Assembly (NCBI GenBank): GCA_964057225.1
Contig: OZ059896.1
Coordinates: 11,532,001-11,596,000, forward strand
Source: Auanema rhodensis
Taxonomy: Eukaryota; Animalia; Nematoda
Direction of reading: 5' to 3'
Length of the DNA stretch: 64,000 bases
Position numbers and translations under genes: made by a program
Shown here: positions 61,501-64,000 of the stretch, in pieces
How positions within the stretch are numbered: position 1 is the stretch's first letter
Layout: each line of letters begins with the position of its first letter
Notes under the pieces: generated by a model
Told to the model about the DNA's origin: nothing
Database searches by the model: none
The model's input: only the letters and a program-made list of their open reading frames with translations

Positions 61501-64000
61501 CCACTATTTCATAATTTCATTCTTTAAATTTTTAATCATTAAAAAACATATAAATTTCAATATTGTGATGATCAAAAACTGAAAAATTTAAATATTTTGT
61601 ATTTTCTAAACCATTTCACTAAATCTATTTTATTTAATTCCATTTTTTAAACAATTTTATAATTCTACGACTGTTTCATAATTTCATTTTTTAAATTTTT
61701 AATCATTAAAAAACATTTAAATTTCAATATTGTGATGCTCAAAAACTGAAACATTTAAATATTTTGTATTTTCTAAACCATTTCACTCCATCTCTTTTGA
61801 TTAATTCCATATTTTTAACAATTTCATATTTCTACCACGAATTCATAACTTCATTTTTTAAATTTTTAATCATTAAAAAACATTTAAATTTCAATATTGT
61901 GATGCTCAAAAACTGAAACATTTAAATATTTTGTATTTTCTTAACCATTACACTCCATCTCTTTTATTTAATCCCGTATTTTAAACAATTTCATAATTCT
62001 ACCACTATTTCATAATTTCATTCTTTAAAATTTTATTCATTAAAAAATATTTAAATTTCAATATTGTGATGCTCAAAAACTGAAACATTCAAATATTTTG
62101 TATTTTCTAAACCATTTCACTAAATCCATATTATTTAATCCCGTATTTTAAACAATTTTATAATTCTACGACTATTTGATAATTTCATTTTTTAAATTTT
62201 CAATCATTAAAAAACATTTAAATTTCAATATTGTGATGCTCAAAAACTGAAACATTTAAATATTTTGTATTTTCTAAACCATTTCACTAAATCTATTCTA
62301 TTTAATTCCATATTTTAAACAATTTTATAATTCTACGACTATTTGATAATTTCATTTTTTAAATTTTCAATCATTAAAAAACATTTAAATTTCAATATTG
62401 TGATGCTCAAAAACTGAAACATTTAAATATTTTGTATTTTCTAAACCATTTCACTAAATCTATTCTATTTAATTCCATATTTTAAACAATTTTATAATTC
62501 TACCACTATTTCATAATTTCATTCTTTAAATTTTTAATCATTAAAAAACATTTAAATTTCAATATTGTGATGCTCAAAAACTGAAACATTTAAATATTTT
62601 GTATTTTCTTAACCATTACACTCCATCTCTTTTATTTAATCCCATATTTTAAACAATTTCATAATTCTACCACTATTTCATAATTTCATTCTTTAAATTT
62701 TTAATCATTAAAAAACATTTAAATTTCAATATTGTGATGCTCAAAAACTGAAACATTTAAATATTTTGTATTTTCTAAACCATTTCACTAAATCTATTTT
62801 ATTTAATTCCATATTTTAAACAATTTTATAATTCTACGACTATTTGATAATTTCATTTTTTAAATTTTCAATCATTAAAAAACATTTAAATTTCAATATT
62901 GTGATGCTCAAAAACTGAAACATTTAAATATTTTGTATTTTCTAAACCATTTCACTAAATCTATTTTATTTAATCCCATATTTTAAACTATTTTATAATT
63001 CTACCACTATTTCATAATTTCATTCTTTAAATTTTTAATCATTAAAAAACATATAAATTTCAATATTGTGATGATCAAAAACTGAAACATTTAAATATTT
63101 TGTATTTTCTAAACCATTTCACTAAATCTATTTTATTTAATTCCATTTTTTAAACAATTTTATAATTCTACGACTATTTCATAATTTCATTTTTTAAATT
63201 TTCAATCATTAAAAAACATTTAAATTTCAATATTGTGATGCTCAAAAACTGAAACATTTAAATATTTTGTATTTTCTAAACCATTTCACTAAATCTATTT
63301 TATTTAATCCCATATTTTAAACTATTTTATAATTCTACCACTATTTCATAATTTCATTCTTTAAATTTTTAATCATTAAAAAACATATAAATTTCAATAT
63401 TGTGATGATCAAAAACTGAAAAATTTAAATATTTTGTATTTTCTAAACCATTTCACTAAATCTATTTTATTTAATTCCATTTTTTAAACAATTTTATAAT
63501 TCTACGACTATTTCATAATTTCATTTTTTAAATTTTTAATCATTAAAAAACATTTAAATTTCAATATTGTGATGCTCAAAAACTGAAACATTTAAATATT
63601 TTGTATTTTCTAAACCATTTCACTCCATCTCTTTTGATTAATTCCATATTTTTAACAATTTCATATTTCTACCACGAATTCATAACTTCATTTTTTAAAT
63701 TTTTAATCATTAAAAAACATTTAAATTTCAATATTGTGATGCTCAAAAACTGAAACATTTAAATATTTTGTATTTTCTTAACCATTACACTCCATCTCTT
63801 TTATTTAATCCCATATTTTAAACAATTTCATAATTCTACCACTATTTCATAATTTCATTCTTTAAAATTTTATTCATTAAAAAATATTTAAATTTCAATA
63901 TTGTGATGCTCAAAAACTGAAACATTTAAATATTTTGTATTTTCTTAACCATTACACTCCATTTCTTTTATTTAATCCCATATTTTAAACAATTTCATAA
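55520..64000 (+). repeat. 167-bp satellite array 2 (about 51 monomers, runs off the window)
   Basis: Same monomer and same left junction (TCATGCGTAT|TTTTAATCATTG) as array 1. Confidence 0.97.

Noticed and set aside
1-64000. tRNA, rRNA or host protein-coding genes
   Set aside because: None is recognisable by eye. A covariance-model search was not possible.

Overview
This window is AT-rich eukaryotic repeat DNA, most likely from a nematode: it has 40-47 nt introns with TTTCAG/TTTAG acceptors and a Tc1 element with Tc1-like ends. No host gene is recognisable; nearly everything is nested mobile DNA. (1) A near-complete Maverick/Polinton, copy B (40597-~55222), carries a terminal repeat starting AGTAGAGAG, a three-exon cargo gene, a chromodomain integrase, two conserved small ORFs, a packaging ATPase, penton, a dual-coding zinc-finger/membrane-protein locus, an adenain-type protease, a core protein, the major capsid protein and an intron-rich pPolB; its right end is lost. 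(2) Decayed pieces of a related Maverick subfamily, copy A (373-8283 and 10500-14938), carry a Tc1 insertion and two insertions of one Ty3/Gypsy family. (3) That Gypsy encodes a herpes-gB-like (class III) envelope in frame directly upstream of its protease. (4) Two long arrays of a 167-bp satellite (~21890-33108 and ~55520-64000) have a monomer that also sits as about five diverged copies inside intron 4 of the Maverick polB gene. (5) A 3788-bp tandem duplication is built from Maverick end sequence, polB intron and satellite. The strongest new observations are the satellite's apparent origin in a Maverick intron, the env-before-protease Gypsy, a spliced Maverick gene with a D-box and CDK sites, and substitution evidence for overlapping genes. 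Protein family calls come from motif recognition, not database searches.
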